The notes under the pieces: model-generated
Database searches by the model: none
What the model saw: the letters and a program-made list of their open reading frames with translations, nothing else
Told to the model about the DNA's origin: nothing
Assembly: GCF_018977255.1 (NCBI RefSeq)
Contig: NW_024704742.1
Span: forward strand, 28,708,001-28,772,000
Reading direction: 5' to 3'
Length of the DNA stretch: 64,000 bases
DNA from: Callorhinchus milii
Lineage: Eukaryota
Program-made: the position numbers and the translations under genes
In this document: one piece after another, positions 25,324 through 36,777 of the stretch
How the letters are laid out: every line of letters begins with the position of its first letter
Position numbering within the stretch: position 1 is the stretch's first letter

Positions 25324-25420
25324 CGCCGCCTCCGCCGCGACGACGACAACAACAACAACAACAGCGGCGGCGGCGACGACGACGACAACGACGACGACAA
25401 GAAATTCTGAGCGCTTATTT
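24440..25420. promoter_or_regulatory. CpG island over the 5' part of pcdh18 exon 1
   Basis: Very high GC and CpG density compared with the AT-rich, CpG-poor flanks. Confidence 0.75.
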
Positions 25421-25422
25421 AT

Positions 25423-25550
25423 CCGCAAACCCCACCCCGCAAACTCCCCCCACCCCGCAAACCCCCCCCCCACCCCGCAAACCCCCCCCCCACCCCGCAA
25501 ACCCCCCCCCCACCCCGCAAACCCCCCCCCCACCCCGCAAACCCCACCCC
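25423..25550. repeat. 20-bp C-rich tandem repeat (CACCCCGCAAACCCCCCCCC)n in the pcdh18 5' leader
   Basis: About 6 units visible with exact 20-bp periodicity in the middle; G-rich on the transcribed strand. Confidence 0.92.
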
Positions 25551-25599
25551 ACACGCACTTTTTCCTCCCTCCGAGCGCTGGAAACTTCTTGTGAAGTCG

Positions 25600-25957
25600 T
25601 AACACACACCGCACGAAATGCACAAACGCACGAACGCAAACGCGCGCACAAAAAAATACACAACGCACAAACACACGAAAAAACACACAACAAACACACA
25701 CACCACACACAAAAAAACACACAACACACACACACCACACACACACAAAAACACAACACACACACGAAAAAACACACAACACACACACACACACGAAAAA
25801 ACACGCGCAACACAAACACACACACACAAAAACCACACAACAAACACAAACACAACACGCGCAAAAAAACACAGCACAAACACACACACACAAACACACA
25901 CACACACACACAAAAAAAAACACACACAAAAAACACACAAAAAAACACACGCACAAA
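25600..25957. repeat. Degenerate (CA)n/A-rich low-complexity tract
   Basis: Almost only C and A on the plus strand (GU-rich on the mRNA-sense strand). Confidence 0.92.
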
Positions 25958-26489
25958 AGTGGAGCTGATTTCCTTCCACAGCCCTCGGTTCTGCTCATTC
26001 ACACTCCGGGACACATTTGCTCTGGAAGATGTTTTGACACAAGTCAAGAGGACGAAAAAAAAAAACAGCCTTTGCTTTTTTTTTCTCCCTCCCCCCCCCA
26101 CAAAAAAAAATCTACCACTTACTCAAAAAAAAACTATTCCCCCCCTCCCAACCACCCAAAAAAAAAAGTTTCAACATCTAGTTACTTGCTGCTGACTTTT
26201 TTTTTAACGCCCCCCTCCCCACCCCTCTCTCTCTCTCTCTCTCCCTCCTTTGGCGCACCGCGGAGAGAATTGGTTTGGGGGGGGGGGGGGGGGTGGGGTG
26301 GAGAGAGAGAGAGGAAAAAAAAAGGGGGGGAAAAAAAATAAAACTTTTTTTGGGGGAAAAAAAAACAACAAAATAGAAAAGTTTCGTACGATTCTTTTTT
26401 TGGGGGAAAAAAAAAGATAAAGGGAGAGAGAGAGAGAGGGGGAGAGAGAGAGAGAAAAAAAAAGGAGAAAGAAATAAAAGAGAAAAAAC

Positions 26490-26670
26490 GAGTGGGGTTG
26501 TGTGTTGCAGTTGACCAGGGAGTGAGTTGAGGGCTGTGCTGTCTGTTCTCTGCCTCTCACACACTCTGGTGGAGCTCAAGGAAAAACTTCACTCAAACTC
26601 GCCCAAACTTTTTGCCAGGACGCGTGCCGCCGGCCCGGCACCCAATCGCCTGGCTCTGCTCTCCCCACTC
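26490..26670 (-). promoter_or_regulatory. Probable pcdh18 core promoter / TSS region
   Basis: Island of unique, complex sequence between simple repeats. CCAAT at 26642-26646 next to a CpG-rich patch (gacgcgtgccgccggcccgg), about 1.2 kb upstream of the ATG. TSS position is inferred only. Confidence 0.5.
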
Positions 26671-26782
26671 CCCACTCCCCCCTCCCCTCACACCACACAC
26701 CACTCCCTCACCCACCCCCCGGGCCACAGACCACACCCCACCCCCCCCTCCACTCCACTTCGTCCACATCGTCACGAAGAGT

Positions 26783-26997
26783 GGGCAGGGCACGGGCAGG
26801 GGAGGGCAAGGCAGGGGAGGGGAGGGCAGGCAAGGCAGGGCAGGGCAGGGGCGGGCAGGGCAGGGCAGGCAAGGCAGGGAGGGCAGGGCAGGCAAGGCAA
26901 GGCAAGGCAGGGCAGGCAAGGCAAGGCAGGGCAGGGCAGGGCAGGCAAGGCAAGGCAGGGCAGGCAAGGCAGGGCAGGCAGGGCAAGGCAGGGCAGG
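26783..26997. repeat. (GGCAG/GGCAA/GGCA)n short tandem repeat
   Basis: Directly visible 4-5-mer array. Confidence 0.93.
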
Positions 26998-27120
26998 ATG
27001 GGCGCCCATCGCATACGCGTCCAGGCTCAAAGTCTGAGGACGAATTAACAGTGTGACGGAGAGAAGGGAAAGCAAAGCGCCTCACACCTTCACTTTAAAG
27101 CCTCTTCTCTTAAATCTCTG

Positions 27121-27628
27121 CAACTCACTCCCTCACTCACTCACACACTCACTCACCCTCTCCCTCACTCCCTCACTCCCCCCTTCCCTCCCTCACTCTC
27201 CTCCTCCCTCCTTCACTCACTCCCCCCTCCCCTCCCCCCTTCCCTCCCTCACTCACCTCCTCCCTCCTTCACTCACTCCTCCCTCACTCCCCCTTCCCTC
27301 CCTCACTCACCTCCTCCCTCCTTCACTCACTCCCTCCTCCCTTCCCTCCCCCCTTCCCTCCCTCACTCACCTCCTCCCTCCTTCACTCACTCCCTCCCTC
27401 ACTCCCCCTTCCCTCCCTCACTCACCTCCTCCCTCCTTCACTCACTCCCTCCCTCACTCCCCCCTTCCCTCCCTCACTCCCCTCCTTCACTCACTCCCTC
27501 CCTCACTCCCCCCTTCCCTCACTCACCTCCTCCCTCCCTCACCTCCTCTCTCCCTCACTCACCTCCCTCTCCCTCACCCCCCCCCCTCCCCTCACCCCCC
27601 CCCCTCCCCCTCCCCCCCCCCTCCCTTT
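27121..27628. repeat. Pyrimidine-rich (CCTC/CACT)n tract
   Basis: About 500 bp lacking G on the plus strand, with higher-order repeats such as ccctcactcacctcctccctccttcactcact. Confidence 0.92.
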
Positions 27629-27873
27629 TCGTCCGATCCAACTTTTGGACGCTCCCAGTCACGGCTGCTGTGTGACCTCCTCGCAGGTTGTCTGAAGGAG
27701 CCCATAAATCTCCCGATCACTTTTCTCCTCGTTTGTAAAGAAAGAGACTCATTTGCTCGGAGCGCCTTTTTAATCGTTGCCTATTCTCTCGGACTTTTCT
27801 CTCCCCCCCCCCCCCCCCCCTCTGCTTCGGCGCCTTTAAATGTTAATAAACTCTGCTCCTCTTTTCACTCGTT

Positions 27874-28165
27874 CCTTTTCTGCAGATTTTCTCCATCCTT
27901 TTCTGCAGATTTTCTCCATCCTTTTCTGCAGATTTTCTCCCATCCTTTTCTGCAGATTTTCTCCATCCTTTTCTGCAGATTTTCTCCCATCCTTTTCTGC
28001 AGATTTTCTCCCATCCTTTTCTGCAGATTTTCTCCATCCTTTTCTGCAGATTTTCTCCCATCCTTTTCTGCAGATTTTCTCCATCCTTTTCTGCAGATTT
28101 TCTCCATCCTTTTCTGCAGATTTTCTCCATCCTTTTCTGCAGATTTTCTCCATCCTTTTCTGCAG
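27874..28165. repeat. 23/24-bp minisatellite CCTTTTCTGCAGATTTTCTCC(C)AT
   Basis: 12 full units plus a partial one (13 CTGCAG sites); units differ only by one C. Confidence 0.96.
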
Positions 28166-28554
28166 AACAGCGCACTTTTGTTTCGTTAATCGCTCAGAAC
28201 ATTTATTCAACAACATGTGAGGTTATTTTTTTTGTGTGTGGGAAGACTTTCCTAAAGTTATCTATCTCGAGACACAAAGCCGTTCAATTCGATATTCTCT
28301 CTCATTTCCTCTCGTTCTCCTTTCCTTTCAACCACTTCCCATCTTGGGAATTATTTCCAGGATCGCACTGTTGTTTCCTCAGTCCCTGCGAATGTGTCGT
28401 TTGTTTTAACTCGACTTTTTTCGTTCAGTTTTTGACTTGATTGATCATTAAACTGTTCTGTTAGGAGGAGGAGAGAGAGAGAGAGGGAAAGAGAGAGAGA
28501 CAGACACTTAAATTAACTCGTATTTCTTTGGTGGGTCACGTTTCACCCCCATGT

Positions 28555-28872
28555 GGAGTCCTGTAGCTCAGTGGTTAGAGCACTCACTTTGCAAGCGAGA
28601 GACCTGAGTTCAATTCCAGGCAGAGGGCGAAACCTTGGGCAAGTTTCCTTACTCCACACGCCTAATAATAATCCCTCCAAAAAACAAAAACAATAATTAA
28701 ATTGGTCATTTTCAATCTACGACTGTTTGTGGGACATTGCTGTGCGAAATTGGCTGCCGCGTTCGCCCACAAATATACAGTCAATTCACTTTACAGTGTG
28801 TTCTGTGAAGCGCTTTGGGACGTCCTCCCGACGTGAAAAGCGCTATATCAAATGCAGGGATTATTATTATTA
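28555..28872 (+). mobile_element. Full-length SINE, short subtype
   Basis: GGAGTCCTGTAGCTCAGTGGTTAGAGCAC...GAGTTCAATTCC head; 3' stem-loop gcgctttgggacgtcctcccgacgtgaaaagcgc; (ATT)n tail. Confidence 0.94.
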
Positions 28873-31614
28873 TGTTATATCCTGTCCATTGCCCCCCCCC
28901 AGAAATTCTTCACACACTAACCCCCAGAGAGGACCACATCAAAATGCCTCACAGCTTCACCGGGTATAAGACACTCATCACTCCACTGCTCCCATAACCA
29001 AATTGGTCAGATGTGAAAACAAATGACCATTTGGTCGGTGTTCCCCCCCCCCCCCCACACACACACACACACACACAGAAAACAGCAAAACCGTCGTCCC
29101 CCCCAAAAAAAAAAAAAAAAAATGTCACTCCAAAGGACCAAAAATGGAGTAAATAAAACAAGCTGAATTCTCGTGCCGGCTTGTCATTGCACGTGAATGA
29201 AGTGTCTCAGTTCAGAAATGCTGACAAGAAAATCTTGTCATGGTCTGCAATCTACATCCATCAAACTGACTCCCCAAATATAAACACCTGCAACGGTGGC
29301 AAAATAATCTTTGTGGCTACAAAAAAAAAAGTTTTTCATCGACCACCATCTGCATTTGCTCGGGGTGTTTTTTTGTGTGTGTGGGGGGGGGGGGGGAGTG
29401 GGGAGGGTGGGGGTTGCTTTTTATGACTTGGTGTAATCCCCTTTTTCTCTCATTTCTATGGCTCTCGACTGTGCCCCAAGTTTTCTCGAAGTTGGACTCT
29501 CTTTCTGTGGAGGAGGGGGAGAGGGAGAGGAGGAGGGGAGGGAGGAGGAGGAGGAGGGGGGGAGTGGGGGGGGGGGGGGGGGGTTTAAAGTCACTGAGTG
29601 GATCCCAGACAGACGTGGAAGCGCAGCTCAGACTCTCCCTTTCTCCTGCACTCAAACGCCTTTTAAAAGCTATTACTGATCCCCCCATACAGGGAGCGCC
29701 GCGTGGAAAATCACGGATAAAAGGAGGGCGCCTCATGAATGTGTTCAGTAATAGGGTCACCGCCGGTGGGCATTCTGCCCCATGAATACTGTTTTACAAT
29801 TTGGAGGCCTTTTCAGAACTTTAGCTGCGAATTAGCATCCTCTATGAGGAGCAAAAGCAAACACGGGGCAACTGCAGCTTTAGAAGCCCGTGGCCATCTG
29901 GCGCTAAATCCTCGCCAATCGACCCAATAATTACACCCATTCAGCTTCAGCACAGAGAGAGAGAGAGAGGGAGAGAGAGGAGAGAAAACCCTCCATAAAC
30001 ACCAATGGGACACGTTGCCTTCTGCTGAAAGGGATTCCCAGCGATCAGATCATTCTATCAGTTCACGCTCTCTGCTTTGATAATTATTTTTTTTTGCAAA
30101 ACACTGTGTTTTTGTGTGTGTGTGTGCGTGTGTGTGTCAGTGTGTGTGTGTGTCAGTTCACGTGCAATGTTTATTTGGCAGTCACTTACTTGCACGGGAT
30201 TTGCTCAGCTCCAAAGCACTTTCTGCCCTCAACCGTGGCAGCGTATTACAGGTATTTTCCGCCGAGAGATGAGCTCAAGCTTCAATGAAGCTCATTTACT
30301 TTCAGCAACGGAGGGAAAGGGTTTTTTCTTAAGGGGTGGCAATGCATAACTGATGCAAAGCATCAGAGTTCATTAAAACTGCATTGACACCTAAAAAGCA
30401 ATAACGAATTATATTTTTTTTTCCCCCAATTCCTTATTAGATAATCAACAACGTTCAGCATTGTGGGACCCATAAGTACTTGCTATTTACAGCGGCACTT
30501 GCTATATTTCTTTCTTGCTATTTATAAAAAGTCCCCCCCCCCAAAGTTCACGTGTATGTACCCGATTCTTTAAGCGTATCCCATTCATCAAATAAGTGCA
30601 CCAAAGCGCTTTAAACTGATCAATATTTCCCTGTAACTCTGCAAACTTTATTCAGATTTGAACCCACTGTTACTCCTTCGACGTTGCATTCATTGGTCTC
30701 TCGCTGGTGGCAGTGCACACGTTTATATCTTTAAAAAATGTTGGAACAATGCTGACCACAGGGAGTTTAATACTGGTGGACCTTCCCATAGCAACATCTC
30801 CTTTTACAAAGGAAGGCTTTGGGTGACAATGAAAGGCAGAGTGTCACACGTGCAGTCGTCAGAGCTTAGTGCCTCTTCCAGGATCTTTTATTGCCAGTGT
30901 ATTGAGGCACGCGTGTGGTGTGCTGCTAACTTCAGTGCTGGCCCTGCCCTCCAACCCACTGTCACTTTCACTAAACTTTTTTTTACTTGCAATCAGCTGG
31001 TTTCACCCTCCCCTGACATTCCACCTTGTACACACCTCTCTTTGCACGGCAGAGAAAGAAACAACCGTTTAGCGATGCCTCGTCCTACAGTCATATCATC
31101 TTCTCCCGTGTCATTTCCATTTATGTTGCATTTGCATTCAGATATCGTTCCCAGTACCTTTGCTCTCTCTGCACGAACACGAGCCATTCCAACCCACATT
31201 CCCACAAGCACTTCTTTGCTATCAAACGGATACGTGAAGTATTCTCTCTCTCTCAAAGTACTATTCGCCAGAACACTGCTACAATTTATTTGTCCTAGAA
31301 TGTTGTCCAATAAATGTCCTTTATATGAACCACTGACATGTCCATTTCACATCACCATATCATATCCAGAGGAATTAAAGATTTAGTACTCTCATTTACA
31401 TAATGTTAGGACATTAGTACCTTTTCCACAAATGTATTATCTCTTCAAAATATTCTTCTAATTGATAAAGGTTTTGAGACATGTGATATAATCCAGGTAC
31501 TCAAACAATTGTAACATTTATATATATCAAGGATTTAGTGCAGATTGTGCGAGCAGAAGATCTGTGTGAGGTAAGCATAGCTACAGTTCATGATTAATGT
31601 GCTGCTCAGGGTGA

Positions 31615-32008
31615 TAGTAATAATACTCCTTGCATTTGATATAGCCTTATCAGGCCATTGAGATATTTCAAATCACTTAGCAGGATTTTACTGTGAAGTA
31701 CAGTGACTGTGTTTCTGCTGGTGAACATGGCAGACAATTTTGCTCACAAGAATGTCCCATAAACAGCCAATTTTATTTGGCTTATTGTCGGTCAGGACAC
31801 CGAGAGAAATTGCCTTCTCTTTTCGAATGAGATCTTCAAGCATCCACCTGAACCGGTACACTGGGCATCAGTTTAACATCTCATCAGATGGACAGCACCT
31901 CCAACAATACAACACGACCCTATCACTGCACTGAAGTGTCAGTTTAGACTGTGAGTTCGAAATCCCAATGTGGGACACAAACGTCTGACTCAGAGGCAAC
32001 AATGCTAT
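31615..32008 (-). mobile_element. Old Deu-domain SINE, near full length
   Basis: Reverse-complement match to 5918-6338 (caggacacc...catccacctga...gtttaacatctcatc...gcacctccaaca...ctgactcagagg). Confidence 0.75.
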
Positions 32009-32484
32009 ACTTTTACACTTTTGTGTAAAAATCCAGTATGACCAGGAATGGTACATAACACAAGTTCCCCCTACTCAATTACTTAACATACCTTAATCAC
32101 AACCTGAGAGTACTTTTATTATGATAGGATTAGTTTTTTTCTTGGAGCGAGACAGCCAATTAATTTAACGCCAAATCATGCACAGTTTATATTGTGGGAA
32201 CATTAGTAAATGGGTTGAGACTGAAGATTTAATTGGGCCCATACAGCTAACAAACAGAAGAGACCTTTACCCATCGAATCAGTGTAACTGGTTTCAAACG
32301 ATAGGTCCCAGAAGTGAAAGGATCACATACAAACTTGCAATGCCACCCAGTCCCTACTTTTAACATCTCATCACTTTTGTAAATTTTCTCCCCCTAATTA
32401 ACTACGTTTCAGTAACCAAATAATTTGAGCTCCTGTCATCTGCTAAATTCAAATTAATTTTACTGTTTTGTCAAAATAAAGCTC

Positions 32485-32950
32485 TACAACAACAACTTAC
32501 ATTTATATAGCGCCCTTCATGCAGGGTAACATCTAGGAATGCTTGATGCTGAGCTGGGGAGAGTGTGACCATAGGCACAGTCAAAGAGGAAGGTCTCCAG
32601 ATACGATCTGATGACAGGCAAGAATGAAACAAGGCAGAGGGATTGAGGCAGAGAGTTCCATAATTTTGGGACATAGTGGTTGAAAGTACAGCCGCCGATG
32701 GTGGAGTGGAGGGGAAGAGAGATATGCAGGAGGCTAGATCCAGCTGAGTGGCGGTGTGTAAGCAGGTCATAGAGATTGGAAGTGCTCGGGCAGGAAGTCA
32801 TTTGTACGTTAGTGTGAGGATCGTTAAATCAATCTGTTCGTCAATAGGGAGCCAGTGGAGCAGGGCAAGGTCTGGGGTGATGGGGATACAGAGTTGGTAA
32901 TGGGTGAGAGTAAGGTAACAGAGTTTTTAAATTAATAGGATTTTATGAAT
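32485..32950 (-). mobile_element. L2-clade LINE 3' end
   Basis: HSTIGGCTFNHYVPKLWNSLPQSL...YLETFLFD plus (GTT)n tail. Confidence 0.82.
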
Positions 32951-33869
32951 GGTAACAATTTTATGAATGGTAACACCAGGGCATAATTACACATATTCTA
33001 TGGAACTGGAATTTGCAGATGGCGGGTCAAGGCTCTCACCTCTGCTGAGCAATATTGAGGTTCCTCTTCACTGTTGCGTTGTCCGAGATTGACTCGGCAT
33101 GGTCTGAACATCGCCTTTTTGCTACGAACCAAAGACAGCTCTTTTGCATGAGATTGTTTCAGATGCATGATTAACAATGTTCTCATGTGCTCCTTTTGTT
33201 TCTTCCAACTAATGATAGTCTTGCAATTAATGCAAATGGATTCAGTTCACTATCCAGATGAACTGTTAAATGTTGCCAGATGACAGGTGTTTCTTTGTTG
33301 GTTTATTTTTCTTGGCACTGAATATCTCCTTTGGCCTGAGGAAAATGAAATGGTACTTTGGAACATTCACAGATTGGGAGCTGGTAGCAGTGGGAGCTGT
33401 ACTTGTAGCATCATCTATAGTACTGCAGATGCTCTGGGTAGAAGGGCTGGTGACCTGCCTTTTTTTCCTTCTTTCTGTGAAAATCTTTCTAAATTTGCAT
33501 CAGGTTTTAAGCAGCATCATCACAATGCAAATGTAACTCTGAAGCTGCTCATAATGTTTGTAACTCAGTGCCAGATACTGTAACAGTGCCAGAGACTGCA
33601 AAAGGACCAGATGCCCTCATTCTGCCCAAAAGAGCCACAGGAGCAGCCACACTTGATCCTCCACAACAAAGCAGACTTGAAGCACCAGAATGAGGAACAT
33701 ATGGAGCACTAGGAGCAGGCACTCTTAAGTCATGCATCTGTGATCAGTGTTACAAGACTCACTTTTTCTTGTGTCAGTTCTATGTCTGGTAGCTGGACAC
33801 ACACTTTTAGTGCCAATTAGGAAACAGACAGAGTAGAATACAAAAAGTTGTCATGTGGGATATCTCTGT

Positions 33870-34270
33870 ACAATAACATTCATATGGCACCTTTAACATG
33901 GGATTAAATGTCTCCCAAGTGGTTAATTGATATGACAGGGAGCACCAAGCAGAGAAAAGGGACTAATTAAAGATGCTGACCAAAAGCGTAGTCAAAAAAG
34001 ATCTGTCTCTTCAAAGCAGGGAGGGATGAAGCAAGGCAAAGAGATTTTGGAAGATAGTTGCAGAGGCCAGTAGCTCAGGCCTGCTGGAGATTGGTGGGAT
34101 GGAGAGAGTAAAGAATGAACAATTGACTCCTAATTGGAAGAGAGAATGATACGGGAGGGAGAATAGATTTGCAGGAGATTATATAGGTAGGGAGAGGTGA
34201 CACTGTGAAATGATTTGAAGATCAGGACATGGATTTTAAAGTTAATCTGCCATGGTACTGGGAGCCAGTT
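33870..34270 (-). mobile_element. Highly degraded L2-clade LINE 3' end
   Basis: ttgaagatcaggacatggattttaaagttaatctg...gggagccagt matches the LHWLP...FKIL region. Confidence 0.6.
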
Positions 34271-34769
34271 GTACCATTTCACTAATAAAAACCTTTGGAG
34301 CTAATATTAGATATTAAAATGTTGGGGGTTGCATTGTAAGGAGAAAGTGGTTATTCCTTTTGAGCCATGACACTTCAGTTTTTCTGACGGATATGTTTAT
34401 TGTGCCTGTAAATAGTACAGATGATAATTGATTAAAAATGAATTGCAATATTTTGGTTCCACTGATACAGCACTATAATAATAATAAAAATAATAATGAA
34501 AATAATCTTTTAAAAAAATAATAATTTGGTAACTCAATCTACGACTATTTGTGAATATATTACTGTGCGCAATTGGCTGCCGGGTTTCATCCACAAAATA
34601 TACAGTCAAATTACTTTACGGTAGATTCTGTGAAGCAACGTGTGACATCTTAAAGACCTGATAAAGCGCTATATCAAATGCAAGGAGTATTATTATACCT
34701 TATCACCTTTCTTTGATTGTCACATAACCCTATCTGCATTCTTGCTTCTTTTTCACGTTCAGAAAAGAC

Positions 34770-35010
34770 TATGCCAACTTCCCGACTCTTCTCTCCACAG
34801 CCTGCAGACCATTCAGAACTTTGCAGCTCATGTCCTCTCCCACACTAAGCTCCACAAACCTTTCACCCCTGTCCTTGCCAGGCTCACTGGCTCCCCATTC
34901 CCCAGAGGATTTATTTCAAGAGCCTCGGACTCACTTTCAAACCCCTTCACAGTCCTGCTCCACCTTACCTCTGAGGCCTTCTTAAATCCAATCAGTCGTC
35001 AACTCTTGTT
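34770..35010 (+). mobile_element. L2-clade LINE fragment
   Basis: LPDSSLHSLQTIQNFAAHVLSHTKLHKPFTPVLARL. Confidence 0.8.
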
Positions 35011-36502
35011 CATTAAACTCATCTAGAGTCAGGATCCATTTGTTTCTTTCCTCGAAACATTTTACCATTTAGGGTAAATTTCTAATATAAGTTGCTATTT
35101 TTCTAAAATAGATTATTGTACTATGTCAATGCTCACCTATCTTAAAGAGGAACTGTATCTACATTTGCACAATTGTGGAAAAACTTTAGGCGGATATTCA
35201 AACTGCAGTGACCATCTTTATTCGTCAACATATTCATCTCTAAATCAGTGGAGGGTGCAGCACATTGGAGCAATCACATGCCATACTTGCAATGATGGGA
35301 CACAGTTACAGTACATGTCTGCATCCTCATAATCTGAACTCTTGATTTCAACAAAGTCACTATGGGTGCTCCAGAACAGGGAACACATAGATAGATGGTA
35401 CCAATAATTAGTTTTAGAGTGGCAATGACAGGGAACTGAGAGCAGAAATCAACTTTCTTTCTTAATGCCTGATGCGTGATACAAGAAGACCATTTGGCAA
35501 TGGAAGATGAAAAAAAGAATAAAAGAAAGATAGATTCATTGATGCACGCTTAGAAAGGAATATGTATTTTTAAAGGGTTTGTATTGGGGATATGTAGGTT
35601 TGTGCCACAAATATTTTACGTCCTAACTAATGCAATAATGGGCAATGTAAATCAAAACCAATTCATATTATAATTATCATTGTGGGGCAATGATTCCCAA
35701 GCCAACATTATGATCTAAACCTGTTTTTGAATGCTCAAAAGCTTACCCTCCACCTACTGTCATCTGGGGCACATTAGTAGGGCCCAAAGATTTCAGAGCT
35801 CCGTTTGTTGTTTCTGATCACAGAAAGTGGATTTTCAGTGCATCCAAAAATAAGACACAGACTTAACTCAATTGATATCCAGTGAAACAATAAGCATATA
35901 TTATCCGGGAAAAATATTTGAACCCTCAGATGTTAAACCGGGAGTTGAAGATGGCGACAAAACATTTTGAAAACAAGTTTCAGACCAATTGTGCTGAGGT
36001 GGTGGTGGTGGAGTGTGAGGATGCGTGGGGGGAGATAGTAATTGTGTTGATAGTGAAAGACAGGTTTGGATCACAATTTGTAGCCATCAGGGATAATCCT
36101 GATTCTCACTTACTCATCTACACCTCGTTTTGATCAGTGTGTTTTATAGCTCTTCTACCACTTGCCAACTGTTTGAAAAGAGAGTGAAGTTTCTATCTGT
36201 GTTCTGGCCAACAATCCTTCAGGTAAAATTGATTATTCACTTCCTGGCTGTATGTGGGACATTGCTGTGTGCAAATTGGTTGCTGCCTTTGCCTGCCAAA
36301 TGCAGTCATTACACTTTACACTTTCTAGCGCCTTGGGACGCCCTCCCGACGAGAAGGGCGCTTATACAATTGTAATTTTGTTGTTGTTTACAGTAAATTC
36401 TGCAAAGTGGTTTAAGATGCCCTATGGAGGCACTATCCTGTGTGAAATGTGTTAATGTAACTGCAATCTGTTGTCATTTTTGAAAGGCTCCGTATCAAAA
36501 TA

Positions 36503-36777
36503 TAATAATAATAATATTCCTTGTATTTGATATAGCGCTTAGGAGGATGTCCCAAAGCGCTTCACAGAACACACTGTAAAGTGAATTGACTGTATATTTG
36601 TGGGCGAACGCGGCAGCCAATTGTGCACAGCAATGTCCCACAAACAGTCGTAGATTGAAAATGACCAATTTATTATTGTTTTTGGTTTTGGAGGGATTAT
36701 TATTAGGCTCTGTGTGGAGTAAGGAAACTTGCCCAAGGTTTCGTCCTGCCTGGAATTGAACGCAGGTCTCTCGCTTA
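36503..36777 (-). mobile_element. SINE, short subtype, 5'-truncated
   Basis: Matches the family but stops within the tRNA head. Confidence 0.88.

Noticed and set aside
23335..25410. 691-aa plus-strand ORF
   Set aside because: Antisense shadow of the GC-rich cadherin exon; no recognisable domain.
27874..28165. CRISPR-like appearance of the 23-bp repeat
   Set aside because: No spacers, directly tandem units, eukaryotic context.
25415..28220. Many overlapping long ORFs (Cys/Val-, Pro/Ser/Leu-, GRAG- or SAEKDG-rich)
   Set aside because: All are translations of simple or tandem repeats that lack stop codons.
28555..28630. Apparent tRNA-Ala gene
   Set aside because: It is the head of a multi-copy SINE continuing into body and LINE tail; no proper acceptor stem or Pol III terminator.
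30658..31386. 242-aa plus-strand ORF
   Set aside because: Non-ATG start, no recognisable domain, codon bias or splice context.
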